In this document: in pieces, positions 1 to 11,370 of the stretch
Layout of the letters: every line of letters starts with the position of its first letter
Position numbering within the stretch: the stretch's first letter is position 1
Assembly: GCA_029953675.1 (NCBI GenBank)
Contig: JAMWBK010000006.1
Span: forward strand, 868,001-932,000
DNA length: 64,000 bases
Reading direction: 5' to 3'
DNA from: Rhodosorus marinus CCMP1338
Taxonomy: Eukaryota; Plantae; Rhodophyta
Notes under the pieces: generated by a model
Told to the model about the DNA's origin: nothing
What the model saw: only the letters and a program-made list of their open reading frames with translations
Databases searched by the model: none
Translations under genes and position numbers: made by a program

Positions 1-7
1 CTATCAG

Positions 8-1256
8 GTCACGGAGAGCTTGTTCAAGTATCGAATGTTTGAGAGACGCGGAGACCCCACTTTCAAAGCAACAAGTTTTGTTATGGAGACGTGCGTGACG
101 ATGTTCAATTTGTCTTGGGTTCCCTATTCCTACGGAAAGGCCGTCAAGAGACAAGCTACTCCTGCGGTAGGTGCAGCTGGTCCTTTATTTGGCGTTGGAC
201 TGTGCTGTCTTGTTCCGGGTGCCATTGCGTCCAAGTCGGACCTGCACTCTTCATATTGCTCAAGCTGCGTAGCTTTTTCTCCAACGAATTCATTGCAGTA
301 CAAAGTGAGTATCCGCTCATCACCTGGACACTGAGAAAGGTTCTTCTTTTCGCCCTATTTCGTTTTCGCATTTGTAGGACTTTGGGAACACAAAGTATGA
401 GATTACTCTGTACGCTAGCAACGCTCCCACGGATACTCATGGTTTGGTGTACTCGGCGGACGATCGAATAGTAGTAGCTTTCAAAGGGACCCAGTCCGGT
501 GCGAATGTAAGAACCGATCTTCAAGCCGCGATGTACCCTCTCAACAGATTCGTTGAGGGCTTCGTGATAGAAGATCAAGTGCACCATTTGCGCAAGGGCT
601 GGGTGAGGAAAAAGATGCAGCCGATGATTCATAAAGGGTTCGGGTTTGCGTACACGACTGTTCGGCAACTAATATGGAATGAAGTGCATCGCCTATACGA
701 AGAAAACCCACGCCCTCTCTTCTTCACCGGGCACTCGTTGGGCGGAGCGCTGGCGACGTTGTGCGCAATGGACTGCTCGAAGACGATCTCTCCTGTTGAT
801 GGCTGCTACGCGTTTACGTACGGGAGTCCCAGGGTTGGAAACAAACAGTTTGTGGAGGAGTACAACAGGGAAGTTCCATGTACGTGGAGACTGGTTCACG
901 CTGAGGACCCAGTCACGAAGCTCCCGCCTGCACTGTTTTTCCGTCACGTTGGACAATCCGCCTTGATAACACGAACGGGTAATTTGTTCATAGACCCAAC
1001 TCTTTTTGAGATGGGATGGATGCACTCGAAGATTGGTATCCGCTGCAAGATGAAGATCCACAAGAAAACTGGCTACGCGGTCGCAATTTCCGCTTTCATT
1101 GAGAAGCAGCACCAAACATTGATGGGAGATCGGGGGAGAATCTGGAGAATTCCCAAGAAAGGCATCCAACATGGGGATGAGTCAAGCGCCGAGGCATCAA
1201 ACACTGGAAGCCATACTGTCAACTCGAACGTCCGGACCATAGACGAGATACTGTGA
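8..1256 (+). CDS. Class 3 (fungal-type) lipase, 5'-partial, spliced
   Basis: GHSLGG nucleophile elbow, YTYGSPRVG-like motif (FTYGSPRVGN), VHAEDPV Asp and a downstream H..Y. An acceptor at 6-7 and intron 305-377 (gtgagt...tttgtag) join ORF 20..334 in frame to ORF 444..1256. A further intron at 167-298 is possible but uncertain. Confidence 0.85.
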
Positions 1257-1660
1257 AGCGAACAAAAATTGAATCGTGCTAATCTCTATTTACTGCCGCA
1301 CATCTAGAATGAAAGAACGACTCTTTCTCAACCCAAAAATTTTCTCGGAATCGTACACCAAGTCCTGGTTCGCAAGTCGTCAGAAACGCTCCACGGGGCC
1401 GAAGCGCTCTCGTCGCGGCTTCCTGATTTGCTGGACTCAGCACCATCTCATGAAACCTCAAGAAGCAACCTTAAGATCACCTAGCCTCAATCGACCATTA
1501 CCATCCAGACCATTCCAATAGCCAAGCGACGCTATTCCTTCAAATTCCACACTGCGGTTTCGTGCAGAAAAAGTGTTGGCGGACATGCTCCGTTTCACCT
1601 CTGGTTTCGTTGCGTTTCAAGCGTAGCTCGCCTGTTGGCATCCTCCATTCGTTGTAGATT

Positions 1661-3151
1661 TTAAAGAAACGCGCGACCTTCATATTTCCTCAAGAACTTC
1701 CTGTGAAAGTCAGAAAAAGATTTGATAATACCCTCGAAATCCTCTTCAGGCGGCAGGATTGTCGTCCGAAGGTGATATGTCCCGTCCGCTTGTCCAAACC
1801 CAGAGCCCGGTACGGTGCAAATTCCAGTCTCGTCAAGGAGCTCCAAGCAGTACAATACATCCGCAGCGTATCCCTTCTCAGCAGCGGCAGCCACAGCTTT
1901 GGGTGGGATTCTGATCTGCGGGTAGCAGTACAGGGCTCCTTCCACAGGGTTGCTGGTAACGCCCTCAAGTTTGTTGAAAGCACTCGATATCATTTCAGCT
2001 CGACGTGCGAGAGACCCCAGAATTCCCTCAGTTTCTTCCTTGTATAACGGGTACGAGGGGTCCCCAACTCTTGGAGGATTCACCATAAGTCCCATCATAA
2101 TTTGACCGTCAACGTTGGACGATAAATTTGTGGACATGACCTTGTAGAGTTCATCTTTGACTGCTGGGTGAATATTGAGACACTCAACATACGCTCCACG
2201 GCGTCCGCATTCTCCAACGGCTCCCTTAGAGACCGTATGGAAAGACAGCAGTTCTACGTCCTCAGCTTCCCTACCCATATCCAGGATGACCTTGCGGAAG
2301 GATACAAACTTCTGCGACGGCAAATACACGTTGGTCTGATATACCTCATCGGCAAAGATTACAAGGCGCTCCTGCTTGCAATACCTTACAATTTCTTGCA
2401 TGTTCTCTTCTGTCAAGCACTGCCCCGTCGGATTGCCAGGGTTGATGATTACGATCGCGCGGGGCTGAATACCTTTTGCGCGAGACTCCGCAACACTCCT
2501 GGAGAGCTCAGCTATAGACAATCCCCAGTTGTTCGCCTCATCCAAATAGTAACCGCAGCTGGTTCCGTTTCGGATCTCGATCGTTGCTGAGTACAGAGGG
2601 TATTGAGGAATCGGGGTCAGAATTCCATCAAAGCGACCCCGAATAGTAAGAAGCAAGCACAATCCTATGGCTTGACTTGCTCCATCTGTCATGAAGAGCT
2701 CGTTGACGGATCCAGGGTATCCGTCGCGTCTCGTCAGAAAGTCTGCGATTTCGTGTCTGATGAACTCGTTTCCGCGGGAATCCTGATATGCCCCCGTTCC
2801 ACCCGGAATCTTGGAAATGTACAAACGAGCTCGTTCTACGACATCCGGCGGGAAGGAGGCTAGTACTGCAGGGTTGTTCATCATTTCAGGGTATGTAATC
2901 AGCGCCAAAACCTGCCTGAAAAAGGTAATCGGCTTCTGGCCAACTGCGTGGGGATTGCCCACATTCGTATAGATAACCTTCTTCCCGGACTGCGCTCTCT
3001 CCACCGCCGCATTGTACAGCTTTCCCCGAACAGCGTACTCAGCATGAACGACGTTCTCGTTAATGGTCGTAGGATGCAGTACCGCAAACGGCTTTGGATC
3101 CTCCGGGTCAATACCCCGCATTTTTATACTCTGTAAACCCGCCTGATACAT
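1661..3151 (-). CDS. ALAAT: Alanine aminotransferase (PLP-dependent, class I/II)
   Basis: Intronless 496-aa ORF with EYAVRG, NVGNPH, PIPQYPLYSA, IINPGNPTG, ADEVYQ and the SFHTVSKG PLP-lysine motif. Confidence 0.95.
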   Translation of the reverse strand: MYQAGLQSIKMRGIDPEDPKPFAVLHPTTINENVVHAEYAVRGKLYNAAVERAQSGKKVIYTNVGNPHAVGQKPITFFRQVLALITYPEMMNNPAVLASFPPDVVERARLYISKIPGGTGAYQDSRGNEFIRHEIADFLTRRDGYPGSVNELFMTDGASQAIGLCLLLTIRGRFDGILTPIPQYPLYSATIEIRNGTSCGYYLDEANNWGLSIAELSRSVAESRAKGIQPRAIVIINPGNPTGQCLTEENMQEIVRYCKQERLVIFADEVYQTNVYLPSQKFVSFRKVILDMGREAEDVELLSFHTVSKGAVGECGRRGAYVECLNIHPAVKDELYKVMSTNLSSNVDGQIMMGLMVNPPRVGDPSYPLYKEETEGILGSLARRAEMISSAFNKLEGVTSNPVEGALYCYPQIRIPPKAVAAAAEKGYAADVLYCLELLDETGICTVPGSGFGQADGTYHLRTTILPPEEDFEGIIKSFSDFHRKFLRKYEGRAFL

Positions 3152-4741
3152 TGCGCCGCCGCTCGCTTACTCACTCCACAGGCCCCCACCCACCCCCCCC
3201 CCTCTTTTAGCGCTCCCTACTTTTCAATCAATACTCACACTATCCCAGAAAACTCAGCAGCAATAACCCCACCCAAAAACCCAAACTTCAGTTGCACGCA
3301 AGTCTTGATCTTAGTATAAAACCCTCAGGGACGTCCAATCCATCTCCACCTCCCTCCTCACCCACCTGCATCCCCATCCACCGAAAGCCCCAGTGCTCAA
3401 ATGGATGCGTATATCACCTCCGAAAACCAAAATAATCAAATAAAATATCCATCAGTGCAATTACAAACCTCCATGCATCGCATTCATCTACAAAATTTCA
3501 AAAACACAATATGCGTTTAATCCATAAATATCTTCCACGCGTCGTAAAGTTACATTCTATCAAATAAAACTTATTTACGTGTCTCATATGTATCGAATAA
3601 TAAAATAATTATCAGTAGTGATTTGGTGGACATTTATATTAGTAAAATTGTTCGATTTGGACATGGGGATTGAGTGCGTTGCACTCAATCTTCGGAATTG
3701 CAATTCGATGGGTTTACGTCAGGTGCGGAGGAGTTGGAAGGCGTGGGGCTCATGGAGAAGTTCTGGCGTCCTCTGGTTAGGAGGTCAAGTTGTTCGTTGG
3801 TCCCTTCAATCTCTTCTTAGTTTGGCCTTTTGTCGTCGTTCAGCCGGGCTTCTTCTTGAGGCTCGATCTGGGCGTCGTGCGTAGTTCTGTTTCTTCCTTC
3901 TCTTGGTTTCTAGCCCTAGCCCTAGAGTCCAATTGAGCACAACCATCGCTCGGCTTACCATGCTACTTAAGCGAGGCAAGCCCCCCCCCCACCCCCCCGC
4001 GGAGGCCGACTGTGTGGTCAGTAGCGTTTGGAAAGTCCGCAGCATGCACACGCGATCAGTTCTCTTGTGATCCAAAAGTCTTGAGATTCCGGAAGTGCCT
4101 TTAGGGGGCTGCGATGAATCGACCTTGCAAATCAGAGTGAAGTGAGGCACAACGCCATAGCCGGTTTGCCGACGGCCATGTTGAGTTAGCCTGTATATTG
4201 TGATGGTTTTCCGCAAGGAAACTTGGATACTGGGCGGACTGGACTCTTCCCGATGTGCGAAACAGCCTTGAGCCTACGCAGCTGAACTCCTGGATTCGAT
4301 GCTTTAATGGTCGCGGGACTTCAGGTGTGTTGAAAAGGTGCAGTTTTCACATTGGCTGGTGGCGGGTTGGGCGTGCTGTCTCTGCTCATGCATCGGCACG
4401 GGATCTGACGGACCTCATGTTCAGTCCCTAGATTGCTGCCGTATCTGAAGTTCAGGTTGCCAAGATCTGGTTGCTAAAGATTTGCTCGATTCACAGACCC
4501 GGAGCCCTTTGAATGCCGCCGTACACGACTGTAACTGAACAAGTCAAGCACTACAAACAAGTCTCTCCACTTCCAGTTTCCCTTGTGCGCCCGGACAGGC
4601 GTTATCATTTACGAGTGTAATCACCTTCCTTCATGAGTCATTAACAACTGTCCAGGGCATCGCATCAACATCCTGTGGGACCTGAAAAGACTACCAATAC
4701 CGAGATTACGAATATTCGTGTCCTTCATTTATGTCAAATAT

Positions 4742-5400
4742 TTACTCATCAATCGTAATGTTGGAAAGACCACGGAATCCTGCACGATTAGCAATAGGGA
4801 CAACGGTAACAAGAGTGTACAGTGCTTCCTGCGCTTCCTCATCATCATTATGTCTCCTACACATCCGACAAAAAGTGCACCCGAATCAGCCTTATTCGCG
4901 CGAAATCATCTACCTTTCATAGTGGCCCTTACGAGTCTCATTCTTACCTTGCCAGTCTAACTCGAATTCGGCGGGGGACGTTCTTCACTCCACACTTCCA
5001 CACCTCCTTATTCAACTTAGTGTCAATACGAACATCCTTGGTGCTCATCACTTTCTCTGCGAACTTTCTAATCTCCTTCAGAGCTTTCGGCGCCCGCTTC
5101 TTAAACCCAGTACCATGAACTCTCTTATGGAGGTTGATGGTATACTCCCTCGTCACAATCTCAGCCGCGCGCGGCTTATCCTCTCTCTTCTTCGACGACT
5201 GCGACGACAAAAACATCAAAGCAAATACCAGTCAGAACAACAACCAACAAAAAACCCCCAAAAAACACAATCCCAAAGCATCCGAAAAACAAACACACGC
5301 CAACTCACACGGGGCGAAAACTGCCCCCCCCCTCCCGCACCACCACCCGTCGGAAAGCCCAAAAGAAAAAACTTGCTTTCGTAACAGGACTACTCACCAT
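4742..5400 (-). CDS. RPL31: 60S ribosomal protein eL31
   Basis: Exons 5400-5398 (ATG only), 5199-4948 and 4856-4742. Protein [27 protein letters not shown]...[29 protein letters not shown] introns restore the frame. Confidence 0.95.
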
Positions 5401-5914
5401 GTCTCAACAGTAACAAGAAAAAAGAAAGAAAGAGCACAGTTCACCAAAAAAAAATTAAACCGCCCCTCTCTGCCTCCCCCCCACAACCTTCCTCACCACT
5501 TCACGCAAACAATCCTTCCCCTTCCCCCGACTTTCACATTGCCCCACCTCAAATCCTCATCGTCGTCTTCCACCAAAAAGCTTTCATCCATCAAGACGTC
5601 GAACGATAAAAAAAACTAATAATTAAACAATACCTCCTAGCCAAATTTATTTTCACAAAAAAACAACGGCAGATAAAGTTTGAGCATTTTATTTATGCAA
5701 ATCAATCTTTCTAAACCCACGACGCCGTCGATGTCGAAAAAACTGTATCGACAGCTGTCCTAATTCGCCATTGGGACAGCTGTGTTTTTATGGACAGGCT
5801 GTCCATATGGATGTTTGTGCTCGTATTGGTGGGGATGTCGTTCGAGGCTCGCCGCGCGATGGGGGAAGGACTGATTGACGGGGAAAGTTGGGGAGGGTTG
5901 GGGGATATTTGGAG

Positions 5915-5922
5915 TAGGGTTT
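5915..5922 (-). promoter_or_regulatory. Possible telo-box (AAACCCTA) about 515 nt upstream of the RPL31 ATG
   Basis: TAGGGTTT on the + strand. Telo-boxes are typical of plant ribosomal-protein promoters, but a single 8-mer can occur by chance. Confidence 0.25.
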
Positions 5923-6765
5923 TGTGGGGACTGTACTGCTGCTGAGTAGGAGAACAGTGGACTTATAGCTCAATAGCTGGGTTTCAAATCTTTTTCCTTT
6001 TGTTTCCTTGAGTGGTCTGCAGGCTGTTGTATGTAACGGACAGTCTCCCGCGCTCGGAATGGGACTTTAGGAGAAACGGCAAAGGGATGAGTGAGTTTGT
6101 GTCGACGACGGCGGTTATTTAAGCTGGATGTAAGCGCAATGTGAACTATAGAGGTCCATGTTCTGTCAACAACCAATCAAACAAGCTATCCGCAACTTAG
6201 ACAAGGGATGAAATACCCCCAACGGAGTACTAGAGTCGTCAAGCCACCCAAGAAAAGGCGGGAGAAACAGCTCTCTCGAGGATTTTCGAGACCGCCGACC
6301 CTCACATCTAGAGGAGCTCCTATCTATATAGGAGCTACTATCTATCCACTGAAACGATTTGAGCAAATACCAATCGCCCAACTATCCTTCTTCACGCGGA
6401 CACAAGTCCGTCTCACGCCTGACTACCCCAAAGCAAATCGGAGGCCGGAGGCAAAGCGAAGTCACAGTCGCGCAACGCGTATGTGAACACTCCAATACCT
6501 CACCCAAGCTGTCTTGAACAAATCTCCGTTGAAAAGCTCTGCAATCTCATCGGTGGAACGTGCTAGATGGTTGAAAACAGAATCCATCCTCATCCACATT
6601 GCTCATGATCGGAAGGTTCTGGATGATTGAAGGATGGGAGATGGGGTAGCGGATGCGGGACAGCTTAAGCTCGAACCTTCGTTACGATAGAGAGCTGGGA
6701 AAAGAGAGAAACGGTAAAGGACAAAGACGACAGAATTATTTCATACGGATAGCTGGGGAGGAACG

Positions 6766-7593
6766 ATGGCTATTGCGTTTGTACAAGGGGGAGGGGCGTC
6801 CAGAGTCGTCCGACCAAAGTCGACCCTTCGAGTTCGGAGGAGGGAAGCGTTCGTTTGCGCTTCTGCGTCTGAATCAGGGCTTCGTCGAATTGAGGTGGGT
6901 CTTGGCACCACAAGGACGCAGGAAACGAATCTTGTGGAGTTGGTTGCGGTGAATGGTGCGAGTGCTGCGATCGAGGAAGACATCAATGTTTTCGAGAGGT
7001 ATGCGGGGTCAGTCGGCTATGTGTGGTTGTACTTTGGGGCGTTTTGCTCGGCTGCCTTGGGGCTTAAATGGTTAAGAAAAAAACAGATGGAAATGAACAA
7101 TGAAAAGCCGAAGAATCCGACAATCATCACGAGCGAGGAAATGGAAGCGGAGCTCCACATTTTCAAATGTGGCGGATGTGGATACGAGATGTATCCGGCG
7201 AGAACAAGAGAATTCAAGTTCTTTCCGGACGACTTTAAATGTCCTGTTTGCGGCTCCGGAAAGGAAGAATTTTGGGACTTGAACGATCCGAATGATCCTC
7301 GAAACCAGGAGGAGGAAGAGGAGGAGGAGAGCGAGCAGGAAAGCGAGGAGGAGGCCTCAACTGACGAACAGGTTGATGTAGCTGACGACTCTATGACAGA
7401 TCCGAAAGCATCTACTGAGGAGAGTGAGGATTCAAGTGAATCTTCACGTGAACAGGTCGGTGAAGTGGATGACTCGGCGACAGATCCGAAAACGTCTGCT
7501 GATGTGATTGTTGAATCCGACGAGTCCTCGGAAGAATCTTCAGATGACTCAAAGGGTGAATCGCCGGAAGATGCGAACTCCAAACAGACGTAA
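6766..7593 (+). CDS. Plastid-targeted single-TM rubredoxin-like protein with acidic tail
   Basis: MAIAFV... transit-peptide-like N-terminus, hydrophobic segment VGYVWLYFGAFCSAALGL, rubredoxin knuckles CGGCG and CPVCG, E/D/S-rich C-terminus. Intronless. Confidence 0.8.
   Translation: MAIAFVQGGGASRVVRPKSTLRVRRREAFVCASASESGLRRIEVGLGTTRTQETNLVELVAVNGASAAIEEDINVFERYAGSVGYVWLYFGAFCSAALGLKWLRKKQMEMNNEKPKNPTIITSEEMEAELHIFKCGGCGYEMYPARTREFKFFPDDFKCPVCGSGKEEFWDLNDPNDPRNQEEEEEEESEQESEEEASTDEQVDVADDSMTDPKASTEESEDSSESSREQVGEVDDSATDPKTSADVIVESDESSEESSDDSKGESPEDANSKQT
7366..7533 (+). repeat. Two degenerate 84-nt (28-aa) coding repeats in the rubredoxin tail
   Basis: EQVDVADDSMTDPKAS vs EQVGEVDDSATDPKTS; gaacaggt recurs at 7366 and 7450. 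Confidence 0.8.
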
Positions 7594-7651
7594 GGCGGGT
7601 TCTTTTGATAAGAGTCGATTTTTTTTGCAACCTCGTAGTTAGAGTCGAACA
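7529..7651. repeat. Left arm of a ~123-bp inverted repeat (3' end, stop codon and start of 3'UTR of the rubredoxin gene)
   Basis: Its reverse complement matches 8560-8683 with two substitutions and one 1-nt indel. Confidence 0.95.
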
Positions 7652-8559
7652 TGATCTACAGGGCCAACTAATATTACGGTGGTTCATTCTGGCGGCGGTT
7701 TGGGATCTTGGCAATCGGGTCCGTGACGACGCCTGTTTTCCGATCTATCGTTGACATCGTTTTCTTCTTCTGGGCACTGTTTCTATTGTTCTCGGGAATC
7801 CTATTGATCTCAATCATGTCTAATAAAGCGAAAGTTGAACGTGCGGGTAACTGGAAAAGAGAACTCATCCAGTTGGGTTTCTCTAATAAGTCTTAAGTCC
7901 AGGTGCTTGACATATTCAGTTCCAGCAGAACGATAGATTGTAATAGACAATCGTTCAAGAGATCTATCTGAACTCTGAGAAAGTGAGCTGCTGCTGGAGT
8001 ACCACTACGGTTTATTTTGAGAGAACAACCTTGGGAGGACGAAAACTACTCGGAACAGAGAGAACGGGTCTCTACCGCTAAGGCGGCAATAAAACGCGAC
8101 AAAATAGAACTTAGCGGAAACGCCTGCGAAAACTTAAGGAAGGGCGGAAACGACTGTGATTCTCACCGCACTCTAGAAAACAGTCACAAAGCTAAGCCGC
8201 GCCAGCACACGCAACGTTCGCAAAGATCGCAACGACAACGGAACGTACTGGTGCGCACCCCGCAAATCGGGTATGTCGATTACGGGGTTGTCACATTCGT
8301 AATGGCCACCTGGAAGCCTCCTCTTAGTGGTGGCGCATGATTCGAGCACCTACACCACACTTCAGAGCCGAAGACAAGACATAACGATAGGCGACAGGGC
8401 AACAGACTTCATATCGGCCAGGGCTACCGAGCCTAGCACATGACCGTCGAGGTTACGGACCAGAGCTCAGCGTTCAGTCGACGATATCCGTGTGGTTAGG
8501 TCGTAATACGTGTGGTGCTCGTTTCCCTATCATCGACATTGTTGGGGTTGGCGCTACCG

Positions 8560-8683
8560 TGTTCGACTCTAACTACGAGGTTGCAAAAAAAATCGACTTT
8601 TATCAAAAGAACCCGCCTTACGTCTGTTTGGAGTTCGCATCTTCCGGCGATTCACCCTTTAGAGTCATCTGAAGACTCTTCCG
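8560..8683. repeat. Right arm of the ~123-bp inverted repeat
   Basis: tgttcgactctaactacgagg...gagtcatctgaagactcttccg equals the reverse complement of 7529-7651 at about 97% identity. Confidence 0.95.
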
Positions 8684-9825
8684 TAACTGCGGAAGTACAA
8701 CAAAATGGTAGATGCGGATAGCTGGAATCTATCATTCCGATTCCCATCCTCTCCCCGGTACAGTAATATGTGGCAGTGGAGCCAGACAAAAGATCCGCTC
8801 AGATCAGCTGGCCACTCTCCTGGACCCTTTCCAAGAGTGTGGTTGACGGGAATCTACAGCAGCCAGAGTTTGCCAGGACGGAGCAACACATACTTAACTT
8901 GATTATGTACCCGAATAGTACACAGAGTTTTCATAGTCCCGCTTTTCGTGTACTACTCAAGCGTTTCAGTTCTGATCGTTTATACAGTACAATATAGCTA
9001 TCATGAAGGAAAAAAGCGACCTTCTATCAAGGAGTAAAACAATAAATTTTCCCGAAAAACGTTTTTCTGATTAGTGTTCGTACTCGTATCGTTCCTAAGC
9101 CAGTGAAAGAAAACCTCCGAATTTTTTCTCTTCAGTTTTCGGTTGTTACCTTCCGTATGCCGTAATAAACGATATTAAACGCCCCATGTTCTCATGTAAA
9201 GGTCGAATTTAATAGCACAATTCTAAATTTTTTTCGTATCAGCCAGACCCGCAGATCTGCGGGCAGAAAGAAAGCCAGGAAATGTGGAAGATATTCGTGA
9301 TAATGACGATCACTTTCTTGAACGGGGGTAGTGTTCTCGGAGGACTTGTACGTAAGTTTTTCGTACAGGGGGTAGTTTTGAGTAGCTTGGAACCAAATAC
9401 GTCCAAAACAGGTTGACTCCATGATGGGCTAAGTTTGTTACCTTGATCTAGACAAATTAGAACAAGGGGTAGGGGGAAAAATCGCTTTGGATAACTTTGA
9501 TCTATGGGACAGATTTTATTCTTTCGTCTAAAGGTAGTGGCTGGAATCGCGTTTTGAGGTAGTTTGGCAGGTTCGGGAGATCACAGTGATTTAGTTGAAG
9601 AATTTTCCAATGATTTGTTACTCCGGTAAGACGTCGTGAGGAACTCCTGGATTTCTGAAATGTTGGGAGCTTTTGTCATAAGGAGCGAGCAGGACGGTTG
9701 TGGCTATGCGGAATACTCGCGTAGCACTTGCGGAACGGGGTGTCAAGTTGCTCGTTGAGAAATATATTGAGGACGCTGGAATTGTTATTTTTGGTTGGGT
9801 GTTGTACGAGACAGCTGAAAAAAAA

Positions 9826-10404
9826 ATGGCATTCGTTGGTTCGGTAGGTTTCGGAGGCGTGCGGGCACCCGGCGTGGTTCGTTCGACACGATCTGGATTC
9901 CTTGCGGCACCTGTCGCCCAGAAGAATGCTGTACGCGGAAAGAAGGCACGCGTCACGATGGCACAAGATGCATGGGTGCAGCTTTGTCCAACCGCAGATC
10001 TCTCTCCAGGAGAAGTTAAATCCGTCTTCGTTGCCGAGCAGAGCGTTCTAATTGCCTGTGATTTTGACGGTCAGGTGTATGCATCTGCGAATGTTTGCCC
10101 ACATTTGGGAACTCCGTTGAGCGACGGATCCGTCGGTGATGGTGCGATTGTTTGCGCACAGCACAAATCGTCGTTTGATCTTACCACCGGTGCTCTGAAG
10201 GGAGAATGGTGTCCTTACCCGCCATTGATTGGTCCACTTCTCGGTAAGCTGCAGCCTCCCAGGGATTTGCTGACATACGCGGTCCGAGAAAGTAACGGCT
10301 ACGTAGAGGCTCTTATCAACGTTGAGGCGAGGAAGGACTTTGAGGAAGATTATTGGTTCGGTCTTTTGGACGCGAGGGGAAAGGCTACGGGAGACTACCA
10401 CTGA
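9826..10404 (+). CDS. Plastid-targeted Rieske [2Fe-2S] ferredoxin-like protein
   Basis: MAFVGS transit peptide at ATG 9826 (the longer 9700 start is non-ATG). Rieske ligands C-P-H ... C-A-Q-H. Intronless. Confidence 0.9.
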   Translation: MAFVGSVGFGGVRAPGVVRSTRSGFLAAPVAQKNAVRGKKARVTMAQDAWVQLCPTADLSPGEVKSVFVAEQSVLIACDFDGQVYASANVCPHLGTPLSDGSVGDGAIVCAQHKSSFDLTTGALKGEWCPYPPLIGPLLGKLQPPRDLLTYAVRESNGYVEALINVEARKDFEEDYWFGLLDARGKATGDYH

Positions 10405-11370
10405 AGAGTTCGTGTTATGGCATACCGATGAATTTCTTACCCGGGATCAGTTTTCGTTTGTTGCCTTAGTTCATAGTTTACTTCAATGAAGAAAAAGTTC
10501 TTTGCTATACACGTTAGCTGTTCTAGAAATCTGCTTGATGCAAGCACGTTACGCTTCTAAGAACGCCTTTCCCTCCAAGATTCAATTGTGCTCTAAGTTC
10601 AAACGATTGGCGGTCAATTCAGAGCCCCGTGGACGAGCTCTCCACGAAGCTCGAAAGATTTGCCCACTTCCGAAAGACTGGTTTGCGCTCTTTAATACGC
10701 GTTCTAAGAGCTCGCATGGAGCCATCTGCACTAGCTCTTTAAACTCCCAGAACCGAGCGCCCAATTTGTGTTTCCCGGCTCCAACCTCGTTCAGTGGTTA
10801 TGTGATATTGACCACGAGAGTAACTATCTCAATTAATGCTGTCGCCCTGTGGTTCACACCAAACGACGAGTGGGTACGCTCCAGAGGCTATGTTTAGAAC
10901 CGTACATGTGCTGTCAAAGCCACCCGCAAGCCTTGGGGCTGAAGTTACTGAGGTCCAGCCTGCGGTGCAAGCCTATTTGAAGAAATGAGGAACATTCCTC
11001 CAACGTGTGACATCGATGTCCACAGTATGTTGGAGCTGTCTCGAAACATGTCCCCCCGCTACCATTCGCGACGTGGGGTGACACAGGCACCAACACCTGG
11101 CGTAATCGGATGCGAACCTCTCATCAGGCCCTCAACATCGGTCCCAATGTGTGCAACAGCCTGTCCCCAGCATGGAAACGGTGGAGGAGAGCTTCACTAT
11201 AAGATCCATAGATAGTGACACTCCTCTAGTCTGAAACTGCGAGAGACGCCGCATGACACATTCGAGGAGAACTGGTTTCCTCCTTGTCGACAAGGGGGTG
11301 GAAACTTGCAAGATGAGTACTTTGGGATTAAAATTGTGATTATACTTGTACTCCATGGTTTTTCGTACTA

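Noticed and set aside
1690-3136. Several overlapping ORFs within the AlaAT gene, and similar ones within GH35, SCCPDH and PRP38
   Set aside because: Alternate-frame or antisense shadows of well-supported CDSs.
3910-3926. Telomere-like (CCCTAG)n
   Set aside because: Only about 2.5 units; expected by chance.
3806-4216. Basic ORF ending ETKRRKKQNYARR..., with a nearby ATG/gtaag on the - strand
   Set aside because: It resembles no small ribosomal or basic protein I could match; every splice combination tried on either strand stops early.
7017-7652. 211-aa Ser-rich minus-strand ORF
   Set aside because: Antisense shadow of the acidic rubredoxin tail.
9700-9825. N-terminal extension of the Rieske ORF
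   Set aside because: Starts at a non-ATG codon; ATG 9826 gives a typical MAFV transit peptide.
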